Notes: generated by a model not told the origin, from the sequence alone. A DNA stretch of 64,000 nt from Thermoproteota archaeon (GCA_037917685.1 JAVCBU010000006.1:96001-160000); one strand, 5' to 3'. Shown: positions 1 through 10,526, numbered from the stretch's first letter. Program-made: numbers and translations.

Positions 1-1
1 G

Positions 2-109
2 AAGAAATTTCTTGTTTCAGCGCTTGCTGTAATCGATGAAGGCGACTCATCAATACTCAAATATGCAGAAGGTGAAACAAGTGAAGGAGAAAGTTCTGGG
101 AACACGTGA
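2..109 (+). CDS. rpl30e: 50S ribosomal protein L30e, 3' fragment (5' end outside the window)
   Basis: Frame 2 reads KKFLVSALAVIDEGDSSILKY...stop at 107-109; this matches the L30e C-terminus and its usual position before nusA. Confidence 0.85.
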   Translation, partial: KKFLVSALAVIDEGDSSILKYAEGETSEGESSGNT

Positions 110-527
110 GATAAAGTATATCTCGCTATTCGAGGATCTTACAGGGAGCACTGTTATAGATTGTAGGATAGATGACGAAAACAATAGGGTAATATATTTA
201 GTGGCTGAAGGTCAACTTGGGCTTGCAATAGGCAGAAGAGGGGTTATGATAAAAAGACTCAAGAAGGCGATAGGAAAGGATGTTGAGGTTGTCGAATTTT
301 CAAGGCACCCGGAGACCTTCATTAAAAAGCTGTTTCAACCAGCGAGAGTCAACTACATAAAGATAATGAGTCAGGGAGGAAGGAAAATCGCCTTTGTATC
401 AGTAGTTGCTGAGGACAAAGGAATAGCCATAGGAAAGGGTGGGAAAAACATAAACAGAGCTAGGTACCTTGCAAAAAGATGGTATGATATAGACGACATA
501 AAGCTTATAGATAAGCCAGCAGAATAG
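81..527 (+). CDS. nusA: Archaeal NusA (KH-domain transcription elongation factor)
   Basis: [19 protein letters not shown] and [11 protein letters not shown] motifs; GTG at 81 follows a GGTGA RBS (the ORF track starts at 36). Confidence 0.93.
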   Translation: MKEKVLGTREIKYISLFEDLTGSTVIDCRIDDENNRVIYLVAEGQLGLAIGRRGVMIKRLKKAIGKDVEVVEFSRHPETFIKKLFQPARVNYIKIMSQGGRKIAFVSVVAEDKGIAIGKGGKNINRARYLAKRWYDIDDIKLIDKPAE

Positions 528-538
528 GTATTTATTGT

Positions 539-979
539 ATGGCTAAGAAGTCTCCACTAGGATTGCACGCGGCTAGGCCTTTGCTGAAGAGAGTGAAAAA
601 GAAGAAAAGACATGATGTTAGGTGGAGGAGAAGGGTACACGGCTTCCACAGAAAGTACTATCCACTTGGGAGAGCACCTCAGGCTAGGGGAATAGTGATA
701 GAAAAAGTTGGGCTCGAAGCTAGACAGCCACACTCAGGACTTAGAAAATGTGTTAAAGTACAACTTGCCAAGACCGGTGAGCAAGTCATCGCATTCGCTC
801 CCGGGGACGGTGCACTAAACTATATCGAGGTACACGATGAGGTAATAATCGCCGGCATAGGTGGCTCAAGAGCTAGAAGCTACGGAGACATACCAGGGGT
901 TAGATTTCAGGTGATAAAGGTTAATGGAGTGTCCCTTAAAGCAATATTAAAAGGGAAGAAAGAGAAACCACAGAGGTAG
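539..979 (+). CDS. rps12: 30S ribosomal protein S12 (uS12)
   Basis: [22 protein letters not shown] and [18 protein letters not shown] motifs. Confidence 0.97.
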   Translation: MAKKSPLGLHAARPLLKRVKKKKRHDVRWRRRVHGFHRKYYPLGRAPQARGIVIEKVGLEARQPHSGLRKCVKVQLAKTGEQVIAFAPGDGALNYIEVHDEVIIAGIGGSRARSYGDIPGVRFQVIKVNGVSLKAILKGKKEKPQR

Positions 980-984
980 ATTCC

Positions 985-1587
985 ATGGGTATTAGGCTTT
1001 TTGGAAAATGGGATTTAGAAGAAGTAGAAGTAAAAAACCTAGCTCTGAAGGATAAGATAAACCTTAAACCCATATTTCTACCCCACACTTCTGGTAGACA
1101 TGAACATAAACGGTTTGGAAAACATAAGGTGCCTATTGTTGAAAGGCTCGCCAATAGGTTAATGGGACAGCCGTTGAATTATAGCGTAAAAAAATCGAGG
1201 GTAAATAGTAAAAACGCCGGAAAGAAGGCTAGAGCATTAAAGGTCGTAGAACGTGCCCTAGAAATCATACATTTAAAGACAGGGAGAAACCCTGTTCAGG
1301 TTTTAGTTGACGCTATACAGAACGCAGCGATCAGGGAAGAAACAACCAGAATCATATACGGGGGGGTTGCCTATTTGCATTCAGTAGACGTATCACCCAC
1401 AAGAATGGTGGATTTGGCGATCAGATACATCGCACAAGGCGCTGCTATGAAATCTTACAGGTCTGTCAGAAGAATCGATGAATGCCTAGCTGAAGAAATA
1501 ATAGCAGCAGCAAATAACGATAGGAACAAGAGTTATGCGATCAAAAAGAAGGAAGAGATAGAAAGGATAGCAGCAAGTTCCAGGTAA
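985..1587 (+). CDS. rps7: 30S ribosomal protein S7 (uS7)
   Basis: [39 protein letters not shown]. Confidence 0.97.
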   Translation: MGIRLFGKWDLEEVEVKNLALKDKINLKPIFLPHTSGRHEHKRFGKHKVPIVERLANRLMGQPLNYSVKKSRVNSKNAGKKARALKVVERALEIIHLKTGRNPVQVLVDAIQNAAIREETTRIIYGGVAYLHSVDVSPTRMVDLAIRYIAQGAAMKSYRSVRRIDECLAEEIIAAANNDRNKSYAIKKKEEIERIAASSR

Positions 1588-1823
1588 ATCCAGGTAGTAA
1601 ATAGTGGCTCATAAAACTCTTAATCAGGCATAACAAATGTTTAATACAAACTAGCAGTAAAATATCACTCTAAGAAGATTAATCTAAACATAAAGGCCAA
1701 AGTTCACATCCCATGTGAGATATTGAGCTGATTACCATTAACATGCCAAGATTACCATAGTGAAGATAAAGTTAAAATTTGATAAAGATACTTTCTATTC
1801 TAAGCTTGATATGAGGGAGAGAA

Positions 1824-3092
1824 ATGCCTGAAAAAGAACATCTAAACCTGGTTTTCGTAGGCCATGTAGACCATGGGAAGTCCACGATCTTAGGAAGACT
1901 GTTCTACGATTTAGGGCTAGTAAAGGAACTGCCAAGCGACGAAGAAGCAGGAACCATGAAATTCGCATGGCTGGTAGACAAGTTAAAGGAAGAGAGAGAA
2001 AGAGGGCTAACGATAGATATCTTCACAACGAAGATAGAGACCCCCCACAAGTACATCACGATAATCGACGCACCCGGCCATGTAGACTTCATCAAAAACA
2101 TGATTACAGGGGCAAGCCAAGCTGACGCAGCTCTTCTTGTAGTCTCAGCAAAGGCTGGAGAGGGTGTACAGCAGCAAACAAGGGAGCATATATTTCTCAT
2201 AAGGACTCTAGGTATCAACCAGTTAATTGTAGCGATAAACAAGATGGACGAAGAAACGGTCAAATACAGCCAAGACAGATTCGAGGAACTCAAGGCTGAA
2301 GTTTCGAACTTGCTCAAGAAGGTAGGATACGATGTAAGCAAGATACCCTTTGTCCCCACGTCAGGATGGGAAGGAGACAATGTGGTAAAAAGAAGTGAGA
2401 ACATGCCATGGTATAAAGGTCCAACCATATACGAACTACTTGACAAGTTACAGCCTCCGCCAAAGCCTGTGGATAAACCCCTAAGAATACCCATCCAAGA
2501 CGTTTATACAATAACAGGAGTAGGAGTTGTCCCTGTGGGCAGAGTCGAAAGCGGGGTGTTGAAGCCTAACACAAGGATAATTGTGGAACCCTTGGGTGAG
2601 ACAGCAGAAGTAAAATCCATCGAAATGCACCATGAGAGACTTGAACAAGCTGTACCAGGAGATAACATAGGGTTCAACATAAAGGGTATCGAGAAAAGAA
2701 AGCTGAGGAGAGGAATGGTAATAGGATACCCGGATAATCCTCCAACCGTGGCAAAGGAATTCACAGCACAAATAATAGTTGTGCAACACCCAACAGCGAT
2801 TGCACCCGGTTACACTCCAGTAGTACACATACATACTGCAACCATGGCATGTGAAATCTACGAGTTTGTAGACAAGAGAGATCCTAAAACCGGAGCAGTG
2901 ATAGAGAAGAATCCTAAATACCTTAAAGCTGGAGACTCAGCAGTTGTTAAAATGAGACCAATAAAACCGCTGGTAGTTGAGAAGTTTAAAGACTTCCCAG
3001 CACTAGGCAGATTTGCAATAAGAGACATGGGAATGACTATAGGAGCAGGAATAGTGCTAGAAGTTGTACCAGCCGAGAAGAAGGGTAAGTAA
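1824..3092 (+). CDS. tuf: Translation elongation factor EF-1alpha
   Basis: GHVDHGKST, EERERGLTID, DAPGH, NKMD, LGRFAIRDMG. Confidence 0.98.
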   Translation: MPEKEHLNLVFVGHVDHGKSTILGRLFYDLGLVKELPSDEEAGTMKFAWLVDKLKEERERGLTIDIFTTKIETPHKYITIIDAPGHVDFIKNMITGASQADAALLVVSAKAGEGVQQQTREHIFLIRTLGINQLIVAINKMDEETVKYSQDRFEELKAEVSNLLKKVGYDVSKIPFVPTSGWEGDNVVKRSENMPWYKGPTIYELLDKLQPPPKPVDKPLRIPIQDVYTITGVGVVPVGRVESGVLKPNTRIIVEPLGETAEVKSIEMHHERLEQAVPGDNIGFNIKGIEKRKLRRGMVIGYPDNPPTVAKEFTAQIIVVQHPTAIAPGYTPVVHIHTATMACEIYEFVDKRDPKTGAVIEKNPKYLKAGDSAVVKMRPIKPLVVEKFKDFPALGRFAIRDMGMTIGAGIVLEVVPAEKKGK

Positions 3093-3103
3093 GGTTCAGG
3101 GAG

Positions 3104-3412
3104 ATGCGGGGACTACGAATAGAGCTGGTAAGTACAAACTACAAAAGTCTAGAAACCGTATGTAAACAGCTAAAGGAGATCGTCACCAGGAGCGGGGCAC
3201 GAATAATAGGCCCCGTGCCCCTCCCGACAAAGAAACTAAGGATAACAACAAGGAGAACCCCCTGCGGCCAAGGAGGTAAAACGTGGGAACGATGGGAACT
3301 GAGAATTCACAAAAGAATAATAGACATTCCGAATCCCGATGAAAGGCTGATGAGAAGAATAATGAGTATAGCAATACCCGAAGATGTGAAGGTAAACATA
3401 ATACTACCGTAG
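3104..3412 (+). CDS. rps10: 30S ribosomal protein S10 (uS10)
   Basis: GPVPLPTKKLRITTRRTPCGQG, WERWELRIHKRIID. Confidence 0.97.
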   Translation: MRGLRIELVSTNYKSLETVCKQLKEIVTRSGARIIGPVPLPTKKLRITTRRTPCGQGGKTWERWELRIHKRIIDIPNPDERLMRRIMSIAIPEDVKVNIILP

Positions 3413-3498
3413 CCCTCCTATCCATATTTTTATGTAATCGTTATCCTGTTGAAAATACAGCCAATCAAGAATAAGCTATCAAAACAGTTTAGTAGGAG

Positions 3499-3594
3499 CG
3501 CCGGGGGTGGGATTCGAACCCACGAGCCCCGTTGGGGGCACTGGCTTTCCCAACAGCTCAAGGCCAGCGCATTAGTCCACTCTGCCACCCCGGC
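3499..3594 (-). tRNA. tRNA-Ser(UGA) with a 10-nt intron at 37/38 (3547..3556)
   Basis: Reverse complement GCCGGGG...CTGGC-CT-TGA-G-[CTGTTGGGAA]-A-GCCAG, long variable arm, GGTTCGAATCC T-arm, CCCCGGC-G. Confidence 0.92.
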
Positions 3595-3597
3595 ACT

Positions 3598-4005
3598 CTA
3601 CTTCAGAGGTAACCACTTACTTGACCTGGTGGCTCCTTTCCCAGGCCGGCTATGTTTAACAACTTTACATGTGGGAGCGAACTCGCCAAGATAGCGACCA
3701 ATCATCTCAGGTTTTATTTCAACATTCACCCAGTCTTTCCCATTATGTACAGCTATGACCATGCCGACCATCTCCGGTAATATAATCATATCCCTTCTAT
3801 GAGTTCTAATGATCTTCTTTATCCCAAGTCTCTTTACTTTTCGAATCTTCTCTAGTAATTTTCTATTCTCCGGATGGAGACCTCTTTTCAGCGTCCGTCT
3901 TACTCTTGAGGGTAGCAGCTCCACTAGCTCATCCATAGGGAGTTGTTGCAACTCTTCAAGTGTTAGGCCTCTGTATCTGAATTCTCGGGACATCATTGCC
4001 ATCAC
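3598..4005 (-). CDS. rps19: 30S ribosomal protein S19 (uS19)
   Basis: [37 protein letters not shown]. Confidence 0.97.
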   Translation of the reverse strand: MMAMMSREFRYRGLTLEELQQLPMDELVELLPSRVRRTLKRGLHPENRKLLEKIRKVKRLGIKKIIRTHRRDMIILPEMVGMVIAVHNGKDWVNVEIKPEMIGRYLGEFAPTCKVVKHSRPGKGATRSSKWLPLK

Positions 4006-4034
4006 CTAGTTCATAACACGTGCTCTATTAAAGT

Positions 4035-4769
4035 TTAACGTCTCCTCTTCTTCTTTCTGCCAACCCACCGTGCAGCTATATGACCCACTTTCTGGCCTGG
4101 GGGAGCGGATCTTGGTACTGTGGTGGGCTTTCCGGGTCTATTATGTGATCCTCCACCGTGTGGGTGGCTTACAGGGTTCATAGCTACACCTCTAACTACA
4201 GGCCACTTCTTGGACTGCTTCTTAACAAGATGATATTTAACGCCGGCTTTTACAAAATACAACTCTGTCCTGCCGCCTCCGGCAACCTGGCCGACCGTCG
4301 CCCAGCATGAATCCTTTATCCACTTTTCTTTCTTCGATCTAAGCCTTAATAAGGTTCTACCCCTCTCATGTGAGAACACTATTGCGTATGTTCCGCTTCT
4401 CCTAGCTATTTTTCCGCCATCACCTCTTCTAAGTTCAACATTACATATCATTGTCCCTTCAGGTATCTTTCCGACAGGAAGTATATTGCCGAGGGATGGC
4501 TCAGCATTAAGTCCTATTTCGATCTCCTGACCTATAAATACACCTTTAGGTGGAATATATATAAAGGATGAACCATTCTCTAACCGCACCCTGGCTAGTG
4601 GTGTTCCACGACCAGGCTCGTGCAGAAACTCCTCTATCACACCTTTAACCACGGCGTCACCGATCTTATCTCTTGGAGGGTATTTGGCTGGCCCAACCTT
4701 TAAGTGATCCCAGGACTTAAAGGTGTGAGTGCCTCTCCCTCTACGCTGGACTATCAGCCTTTTTCCCAT
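4035..4769 (-). CDS. rpl2: 50S ribosomal protein L2 (uL2)
   Basis: MGKRLIVQRRGRG, WPVVRGVAMNPVSHPHGGG. Confidence 0.98.
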   Translation of the reverse strand: MGKRLIVQRRGRGTHTFKSWDHLKVGPAKYPPRDKIGDAVVKGVIEEFLHEPGRGTPLARVRLENGSSFIYIPPKGVFIGQEIEIGLNAEPSLGNILPVGKIPEGTMICNVELRRGDGGKIARRSGTYAIVFSHERGRTLLRLRSKKEKWIKDSCWATVGQVAGGGRTELYFVKAGVKYHLVKKQSKKWPVVRGVAMNPVSHPHGGGSHNRPGKPTTVPRSAPPGQKVGHIAARWVGRKKKRRR

Positions 4770-4779
4770 TTTAAAAACC

Positions 4780-5043
4780 TCATATTATTCCAAGTTTTAC
4801 CGCAATATCTAATGCTGCACCATCCCTTTTCAACTTTATTATAGCCTTCTTCTCACCTTTTGGAGTTATAAGTGTATTAACTTTTTGGACAGGCTCCTCG
4901 AAAAGTTTTTCAAACGCTGCTTTGATCACTTTCTCATTTGATCTTCTATCTACAATGAATGTTAACTTGTTTTCTCTTTCTATCATGTTAATAGCTTTTT
5001 CAGAGGTTACTGGCTTCTTGATAACTTTAAATGGGTCAAGCAA
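4780..5043 (-). CDS. rpl23: 50S ribosomal protein L23 (uL23)
   Basis: IKKPVTSEKA, ENKLTFIVD, KVNTLITPKGEKKAIIKL; TTG start after a GGTGA RBS. Confidence 0.95.
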   Translation of the reverse strand: MLDPFKVIKKPVTSEKAINMIERENKLTFIVDRRSNEKVIKAAFEKLFEEPVQKVNTLITPKGEKKAIIKLKRDGAALDIAVKLGII

Positions 5044-5821
5044 ACCTATCACCAATCTCCCGGATAGCTGTCTCAGACCAGATTGTAAGCCTGCCAGGAA
5101 CACCACCTGGACATAGATCTTTAACAGATAATAGGTCTACAAGCTTTACATCTACACCAGGTATATTTCTAGCAGCTTTAACGATTCCGTCATCTTTTGA
5201 AACTATTATTAGTGGGCCTTTCGCCCTTTGCCTCTTCCTGCCACGCATTTTTCCCCTTCCAGCTCTTATCTTGCCCCACCTATCTTTACATCGCTTTAAC
5301 TCCTCAGATAGGCCAAGCTTGTCTAGTAATTTTTTAACTTGGTTCGTTTTTGACAGGGATTCGATTTCTTTAGATATAATTAATGGCGTTTCGAATTCCC
5401 CAGGAATTCTATGCCCTCTAGACCTGACTATCTCCTTATCCGCCGTCGCTGATATAGCTGACATCATGGCAAGTCTCTTTTCCTTTTTGTTTATCTTCTC
5501 CTCTAATCTTTTATCAGTCCTTGGAGGGTGAGCTGTTCTACCACCGACGGTGCCTGGTGCGAATGCTCCTCTACCTACTGTTGGATGATGTTCACCCCTA
5601 ATCCTGGGTACCCTTGCTAATCCTCTACCGACCCCCCAAGATCTCGCTGATGTCCTCTTACCAGCATTAGGGTCTGTACCTTTAGGCTGTCTGCTTGATG
5701 TAAGAGTTGAAAGATAAGCTCTCCTAATGAGGTCTAGCCTGACAGGCCTATTAAATACTGATGGAAGCTCTATTTTACCTATTATCTCGCCATCCAAGTT
5801 GTAAATAGGACGTTCAACCAT
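5036..5821 (-). CDS. rpl4: 50S ribosomal protein L4 (uL4)
   Basis: TSARSWGVGRGLARVPR, GGRTAHPP, PGGVPGRLTIW. Confidence 0.97.
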   Translation of the reverse strand: MVERPIYNLDGEIIGKIELPSVFNRPVRLDLIRRAYLSTLTSSRQPKGTDPNAGKRTSARSWGVGRGLARVPRIRGEHHPTVGRGAFAPGTVGGRTAHPPRTDKRLEEKINKKEKRLAMMSAISATADKEIVRSRGHRIPGEFETPLIISKEIESLSKTNQVKKLLDKLGLSEELKRCKDRWGKIRAGRGKMRGRKRQRAKGPLIIVSKDDGIVKAARNIPGVDVKLVDLLSVKDLCPGGVPGRLTIWSETAIREIGDRFA

Positions 5822-5822
5822 A

Positions 5823-6953
5823 CTATTTCACCTTTGCTTTTTCCACAGCAGAACCTTTGCTTATGATTTCAGCCGTTTGAGATGAAATAAACGTAATCTT
5901 AGGGGCAACAATCCCCGCTTTCTTATCATCTCCCGACTTAGATCCTGCCCCCTTAAGTTTGATCCACCACTTAGGAGGTCGAATAGCCGGTCTTAAAAGA
6001 ACGAATCTTTTAGGAGGGCCAGGTATTGAACCTGAAAGGAGGATATAATTTGTTCTTACTAGGCCGTATGATTTAAATCCAGACTTGGGATTTACCTCTG
6101 CAGGATTTGCACCTAATTTAAGGATTCTCTTATTGTACTCCGTTCTCTTGTGATACCCCATCTGACCAGGTTGCGGAACAGTCCATCTAACGTATGGTGG
6201 ATGCCGTGAACCCATGCTTGCAACTCCACGCCTTTTCTTACCCGCTTTATGCGGTAACAGCTTAACCCCAAATCTTTTGACAGCACTTTGGAATCCCTTA
6301 CCCTTTGTAACAGCGGTTACATCCACAAACATACCGGGTTCGAACACGTCAAGCGGGCTTATGTTGCTTCCAAGTTTGTTTAAAGCAAATTTCAACTTTT
6401 CTTTAGGTGCCACGGATCCGAGAATAGGTATCTCAAGTATTTCCGGCTTTTTCTTTGGCACAGCGGCGGATCTGGGATTTGTATGAACCAGTAATCTAAC
6501 TTCTGCGATTCTATCTATGTTTTTATCGACTATTTTCATTCTCTCGTCTAAGTTGGTTATCCATCCATCCTTTACGGGGGCTTTAGGTATCTGTATAGCT
6601 CTACTAAGATCCATACGGCTTTTAGCTTCTTTCTTATCCATTGCTGGGATCTTGTATATGGTTGTAACAGGTTTAAGTCCGTAAGGCGTCTCGATGTAGA
6701 GTGTTATCCCAAAAACCGTGATTTCTGGAGCTTCTACAACAGTACACGGCATAAATATTTCCTGTTGGTATGTAGGCCTATTCGGGTGATCATCCACCAT
6801 CATGACATGGATCATTCCACACTTGTACCCTGGAAATGCCCCGAGCATTATGGGCTTATCTATAGACGGGTAAGACCTAAACCTCGCTACTTCTGCGGAA
6901 GCTCTCTTCCTAGGTCTAAATGCCATTGATCCTCTTCTGGGCATTTCTAACAC
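5823..6953 (-). CDS. rpl3: 50S ribosomal protein L3 (uL3)
   Basis: PRRGSMAFRPRKRA, GYKCGMIH, VTKGKGFQ, GQMGYHKRTEYNKRIL. Confidence 0.97.
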   Translation of the reverse strand: MLEMPRRGSMAFRPRKRASAEVARFRSYPSIDKPIMLGAFPGYKCGMIHVMMVDDHPNRPTYQQEIFMPCTVVEAPEITVFGITLYIETPYGLKPVTTIYKIPAMDKKEAKSRMDLSRAIQIPKAPVKDGWITNLDERMKIVDKNIDRIAEVRLLVHTNPRSAAVPKKKPEILEIPILGSVAPKEKLKFALNKLGSNISPLDVFEPGMFVDVTAVTKGKGFQSAVKRFGVKLLPHKAGKKRRGVASMGSRHPPYVRWTVPQPGQMGYHKRTEYNKRILKLGANPAEVNPKSGFKSYGLVRTNYILLSGSIPGPPKRFVLLRPAIRPPKWWIKLKGAGSKSGDDKKAGIVAPKITFISSQTAEIISKGSAVEKAKVK

Positions 6954-7009
6954 TTTATATTATGTAGCTGGAAGTTAAAGAAATTAAGTGTTGAATTTAA
7001 AGGTTATCC

Positions 7010-8026
7010 TCAGAATGCCCTCCCTGTGATACCAAGTGTGGCATTAGTTATTCGCATAGATTCGCCCTTAGAACTTAGTTTCATCGCAGATCTAACGGCA
7101 TCTATGTTATCTGGTATTACAATGGCCTCCTGGTGAACCGCTTGGAATAGGTAGAGTCTGTCTCCATCAATTTTTATGGAATCTCTCCATACCATTAACT
7201 CATAAATGTTCTCCATAGGTCTACCCTTTAGCCTTGCATAATCGAACAACCTACCGGTTGATGATAGCTTATCATCCGCGTCCACCAGAATAATCCTAGA
7301 TGCCTCTTCTATAGCGTCTATAACGTCCTCCCTTGTAACTTGGCTACCAAGCTTTACTTCCACCATATGCACGTGCATATGTGTAACAGGAACCTTTACT
7401 GCCATAGTCATAATTGGCACATCTAAAACCGTGTTAACATCCCGGGCATGATGCGATGGAACCTTAACGTCAGGAACTATCGCGTCAATAGGCCCCTTCC
7501 CCGTTTCCTCAGGGTCGGCGGCTCTCCTAACTAAGACCGCAAAAACCCGTTTTACTTTAAACGCCTCATTTAAACAATAGATCAACCTTGAAAGTCCAGT
7601 AGTATTGCATGACACGACTCTAATAACGTTCTTTCCATAGGCTTTTTCGTAGCTACATTCTGACACAAATGATACCTCAGCTATACTGCTTTCTTCTCCA
7701 CCTTGGAACACCATTTTGAGACCCTGATCTTCATATTTTGGCTTGTTTTTAGCCCCCGACCCTGCTGGCGACGCATCTATAACCATGTCTATATTTCTAA
7801 GTAGATCATCCAATACCCCCCTGCAGGGTACTCCTCTTTCTTGAAAGAGATTATAGGACTCTTCATCCAAAGCATACAGGTCTATGTTACGATTAGCAGC
7901 AATAATCGCCTTGTAGTCAGGAGTCCGCTTTACAACACCTATAAGCTCCATATCCGGCTGAATAGCTATCGCTTCAGCTATTCTTCTCCCTATAGTGCCG
8001 TATCCCACTACTCCAAGCTTTATCAA
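7010..8026 (-). CDS. gap: Archaeal type II glyceraldehyde-3-phosphate dehydrogenase
   Basis: GYGTIGRR Rossmann motif, catalytic VVSCNTTG, QAVHQEAIVIPDNIDA. Confidence 0.95.
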   Translation of the reverse strand: MIKLGVVGYGTIGRRIAEAIAIQPDMELIGVVKRTPDYKAIIAANRNIDLYALDEESYNLFQERGVPCRGVLDDLLRNIDMVIDASPAGSGAKNKPKYEDQGLKMVFQGGEESSIAEVSFVSECSYEKAYGKNVIRVVSCNTTGLSRLIYCLNEAFKVKRVFAVLVRRAADPEETGKGPIDAIVPDVKVPSHHARDVNTVLDVPIMTMAVKVPVTHMHVHMVEVKLGSQVTREDVIDAIEEASRIILVDADDKLSSTGRLFDYARLKGRPMENIYELMVWRDSIKIDGDRLYLFQAVHQEAIVIPDNIDAVRSAMKLSSKGESMRITNATLGITGRAF

Positions 8027-8130
8027 CGCTGTTCACCATATCTGAGGTCTATTAGAAACATTTAATTTTTTAGGCAACCCTTACTATAATATCCTTAGTA
8101 GAGGTAGAAGTTTAAAAGAGGTGATAACAA

Positions 8131-9786
8131 ATGACTCTTGCGACAATCGGAGGACAACCAGTCCTTATTCTAAAAGAAGGGACAAGTAGAACCCGAGGTG
8201 AAGAAGCGAGAAGAATAAACTTTATGGCTGCCAAGGCAGTTGCAGACGCGGTAAGAAGTACTCTTGGACCTAAAGGGATGGATAAAATGATAATAGACCA
8301 GCTTGGTGACATTACCATCTCAAATGACGGGGCTACAATACTTGATGAAATGGATGTTCAGCATCCAGCCGCTAAGCTGATGGTTGATCTCGCAAAAGCC
8401 CAAGACCACGACGCAGGTGATGGAACAACAACCGCAGTTGTAATCGCAGGTGAAATATTGAGTAGAGCTGAAGAACTATTAGATCAAGGGATGCATCCGA
8501 GTATAATTGTAGATGGGTATAAAAAAGCCTTAGATAAGGTTAAAGAAGCAGTAAATGAAATAGCATTTGAGATAGATAGGGAGGATCATGAAACACTGAA
8601 GAAGATAGCTATAACCGCTATGCAGAGCAAGATGATCCATGAAGAATCAGATTACCTTGCAGAGCTTGTCATTAAGGCCGCTAAACAAGTGATGGAAGAA
8701 GTCAATGGGAAGATAAAGGTTGACATAGATAGGATAAAAATAGTAAAGAAGCAGGGAAAAAGCCTGGCTGAATCCCAGCTCATCAACGGGATAGTACTAG
8801 ACAAGGAAGTAGTACACAGTGGAATGCCCAGAAGAATAGTGGATGCTAAAATAGCCCTCCTCAATACCCCACTGGAAATAGAGAAAACAGAATATAGTGC
8901 CGAAGTCAGGATAACCGATCCAAACCAGATAAAGATGTTCATGGAGGAAGAGACTAAGCTTCTTCAGGAAATGGTGGAAAAGATTGCGAACACAGGTGCT
9001 ACAGTAGTATTCTGCCAGAAAGGTATCGATGAAATAGCGCAGCACTTCCTTGCAAAGAAAGGAATACTAGCTGCTAGGAGGATAAGCGAGAAAGACATGG
9101 ATAAACTGCAAAGAGCAACGGGGGCTAGGATCATAACAAATATAGAGGACCTCACAAGTGACGACTTAGGATACGCCGGGCTAGTAGAGGAAAGAAAAAT
9201 AGGAGAAGACAAAATGATCTTTGTTGAACAATGCAAAAACCCGAAAGCCGTCACAATAATCCTAAGAGCGGGAGCTGAAATGATAGTAGATGAAGCAGAA
9301 AGAAGCATCCATGACGCGTTATGCGTAACAAGGAATATCTTGGAAGAGAACAAGGCAGTATACGGGGGAGGCGCAGTCGAAGTAGAACTTGCGATGAAAC
9401 TTAAAGAGTACGCTAAAAGCGTTGGAGGAAAGGAGCAGAGAGCTATAGAGGCTTATGCTGAGGCCTTAGAAGGAATTCCCGTAGCCCTTGCGGAGAACGC
9501 TGGCTTAGACACTATTGAGATATTGATGGACCTTAGAGCCGAACATTCTAAGGGAAACACAAGCTACGGTGTCGACGTCCTCACTGGAGGAATAGATGAT
9601 ATGAAAAAGCTAGGAGTACTTGAAACTCTTAGGGCAACAAGACACGCCATTGAAGCAGCAACGGAAACAGCAATAATGCTGATAAAGACAGATGACATAA
9701 TAGCGGCTAAGAGGTACGAGAAGCCGAAAGGCAAGGAAGGCGAGGAGGGAGAGGAAGAGTTCTCGCCGCCTAGCTCATTCGACTAA
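8131..9786 (+). CDS. ths: Thermosome (group II chaperonin) subunit
   Basis: [40 protein letters not shown]. Confidence 0.97.
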   Translation: MTLATIGGQPVLILKEGTSRTRGEEARRINFMAAKAVADAVRSTLGPKGMDKMIIDQLGDITISNDGATILDEMDVQHPAAKLMVDLAKAQDHDAGDGTTTAVVIAGEILSRAEELLDQGMHPSIIVDGYKKALDKVKEAVNEIAFEIDREDHETLKKIAITAMQSKMIHEESDYLAELVIKAAKQVMEEVNGKIKVDIDRIKIVKKQGKSLAESQLINGIVLDKEVVHSGMPRRIVDAKIALLNTPLEIEKTEYSAEVRITDPNQIKMFMEEETKLLQEMVEKIANTGATVVFCQKGIDEIAQHFLAKKGILAARRISEKDMDKLQRATGARIITNIEDLTSDDLGYAGLVEERKIGEDKMIFVEQCKNPKAVTIILRAGAEMIVDEAERSIHDALCVTRNILEENKAVYGGGAVEVELAMKLKEYAKSVGGKEQRAIEAYAEALEGIPVALAENAGLDTIEILMDLRAEHSKGNTSYGVDVLTGGIDDMKKLGVLETLRATRHAIEAATETAIMLIKTDDIIAAKRYEKPKGKEGEEGEEEFSPPSSFD

Positions 9787-9841
9787 AATTCCAAACCTCA
9801 ACCCTTTTATTTATGAACTACTACTAATGAGTCTGATATAT

Positions 9842-10231
9842 ATGAGCTACCATGGCAAAGTAATGCCAAAAGGCCGAAGACCCTCGGGAGCCAAGATAAA
9901 AAAGTCAAAAAAGAAAAGACGGAGGGAGATAGGCCGGCCCCCGGCTGAAACAAAGATAGGCGAGCTGAAGGTTAAGAAAAAAAGGGTGATGGGAGGAAAC
10001 TACAAGTTAGCAGTTCTACTAGCGGATTACGCGAACGTGACCGACAAAAAGTCTGGTACAACAAAGAAGGCGAAAATACTGAGGGTTTTGGATAATCAGG
10101 CAAATAGAGATTTCAAAAGACGTGGAATAATAACTAAGGGGGCGATAATAGAAACAGAGATGGGAAAAGCTATTGTCACATCCAGACCTGGCCAGGACGG
10201 CGTTATTAACGCAGTTCTAATTGAAGGCTAA
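9842..10231 (+). CDS. rps8e: 30S ribosomal protein S8e
   Basis: [34 protein letters not shown]. Confidence 0.96.
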   Translation: MSYHGKVMPKGRRPSGAKIKKSKKKRRREIGRPPAETKIGELKVKKKRVMGGNYKLAVLLADYANVTDKKSGTTKKAKILRVLDNQANRDFKRRGIITKGAIIETEMGKAIVTSRPGQDGVINAVLIEG

Positions 10232-10526
10232 GAATTTGAAAGCGAAGAATATCATTTTGTACCCGGTCTATTTTAATTCCAAATGTCCAAGAAGTAAGGG
10301 TAGACGTGTGAGTAAAAGCCGCGCTGTTAAGAACCCGACCGCTGAAGAGATATATAAAGCAGTTAGGGCATTAGGACTTGGATGCACGATTGAAAAAGAT
10401 AAGCACCACCCCGCCAGATGGTTTGAGAGAGAAGGGAGGGTAGTAGTTAATACGACGCTCAAGAAAACTCAACTTATCAAAGAGGTAGCAAGAGAACTTC
10501 AAAATATTAGAGGTGGAAAGCGATGA
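10221..10526 (+). CDS. srp19: Signal recognition particle 19 kDa protein
   Basis: [30 protein letters not shown]. Confidence 0.93.
   Translation: MKAKNLKAKNIILYPVYFNSKCPRSKGRRVSKSRAVKNPTAEEIYKAVRALGLGCTIEKDKHHPARWFEREGRVVVNTTLKKTQLIKEVARELQNIRGGKR

Noticed and set aside
3499-3531. Identical sequence of about 33 bp at 3499 and 28298 (partly also at 25640), resembling attL/attR
   Set aside because: These are the shared 3' halves of complete tRNA-Ser/Leu genes; the DNA between them is core genes with no integrase
3449-3694. ORFs 3449..3694 and 25542..25790, and the N-terminal extension of moxR to 28340
   Set aside because: They are translations across tRNA genes
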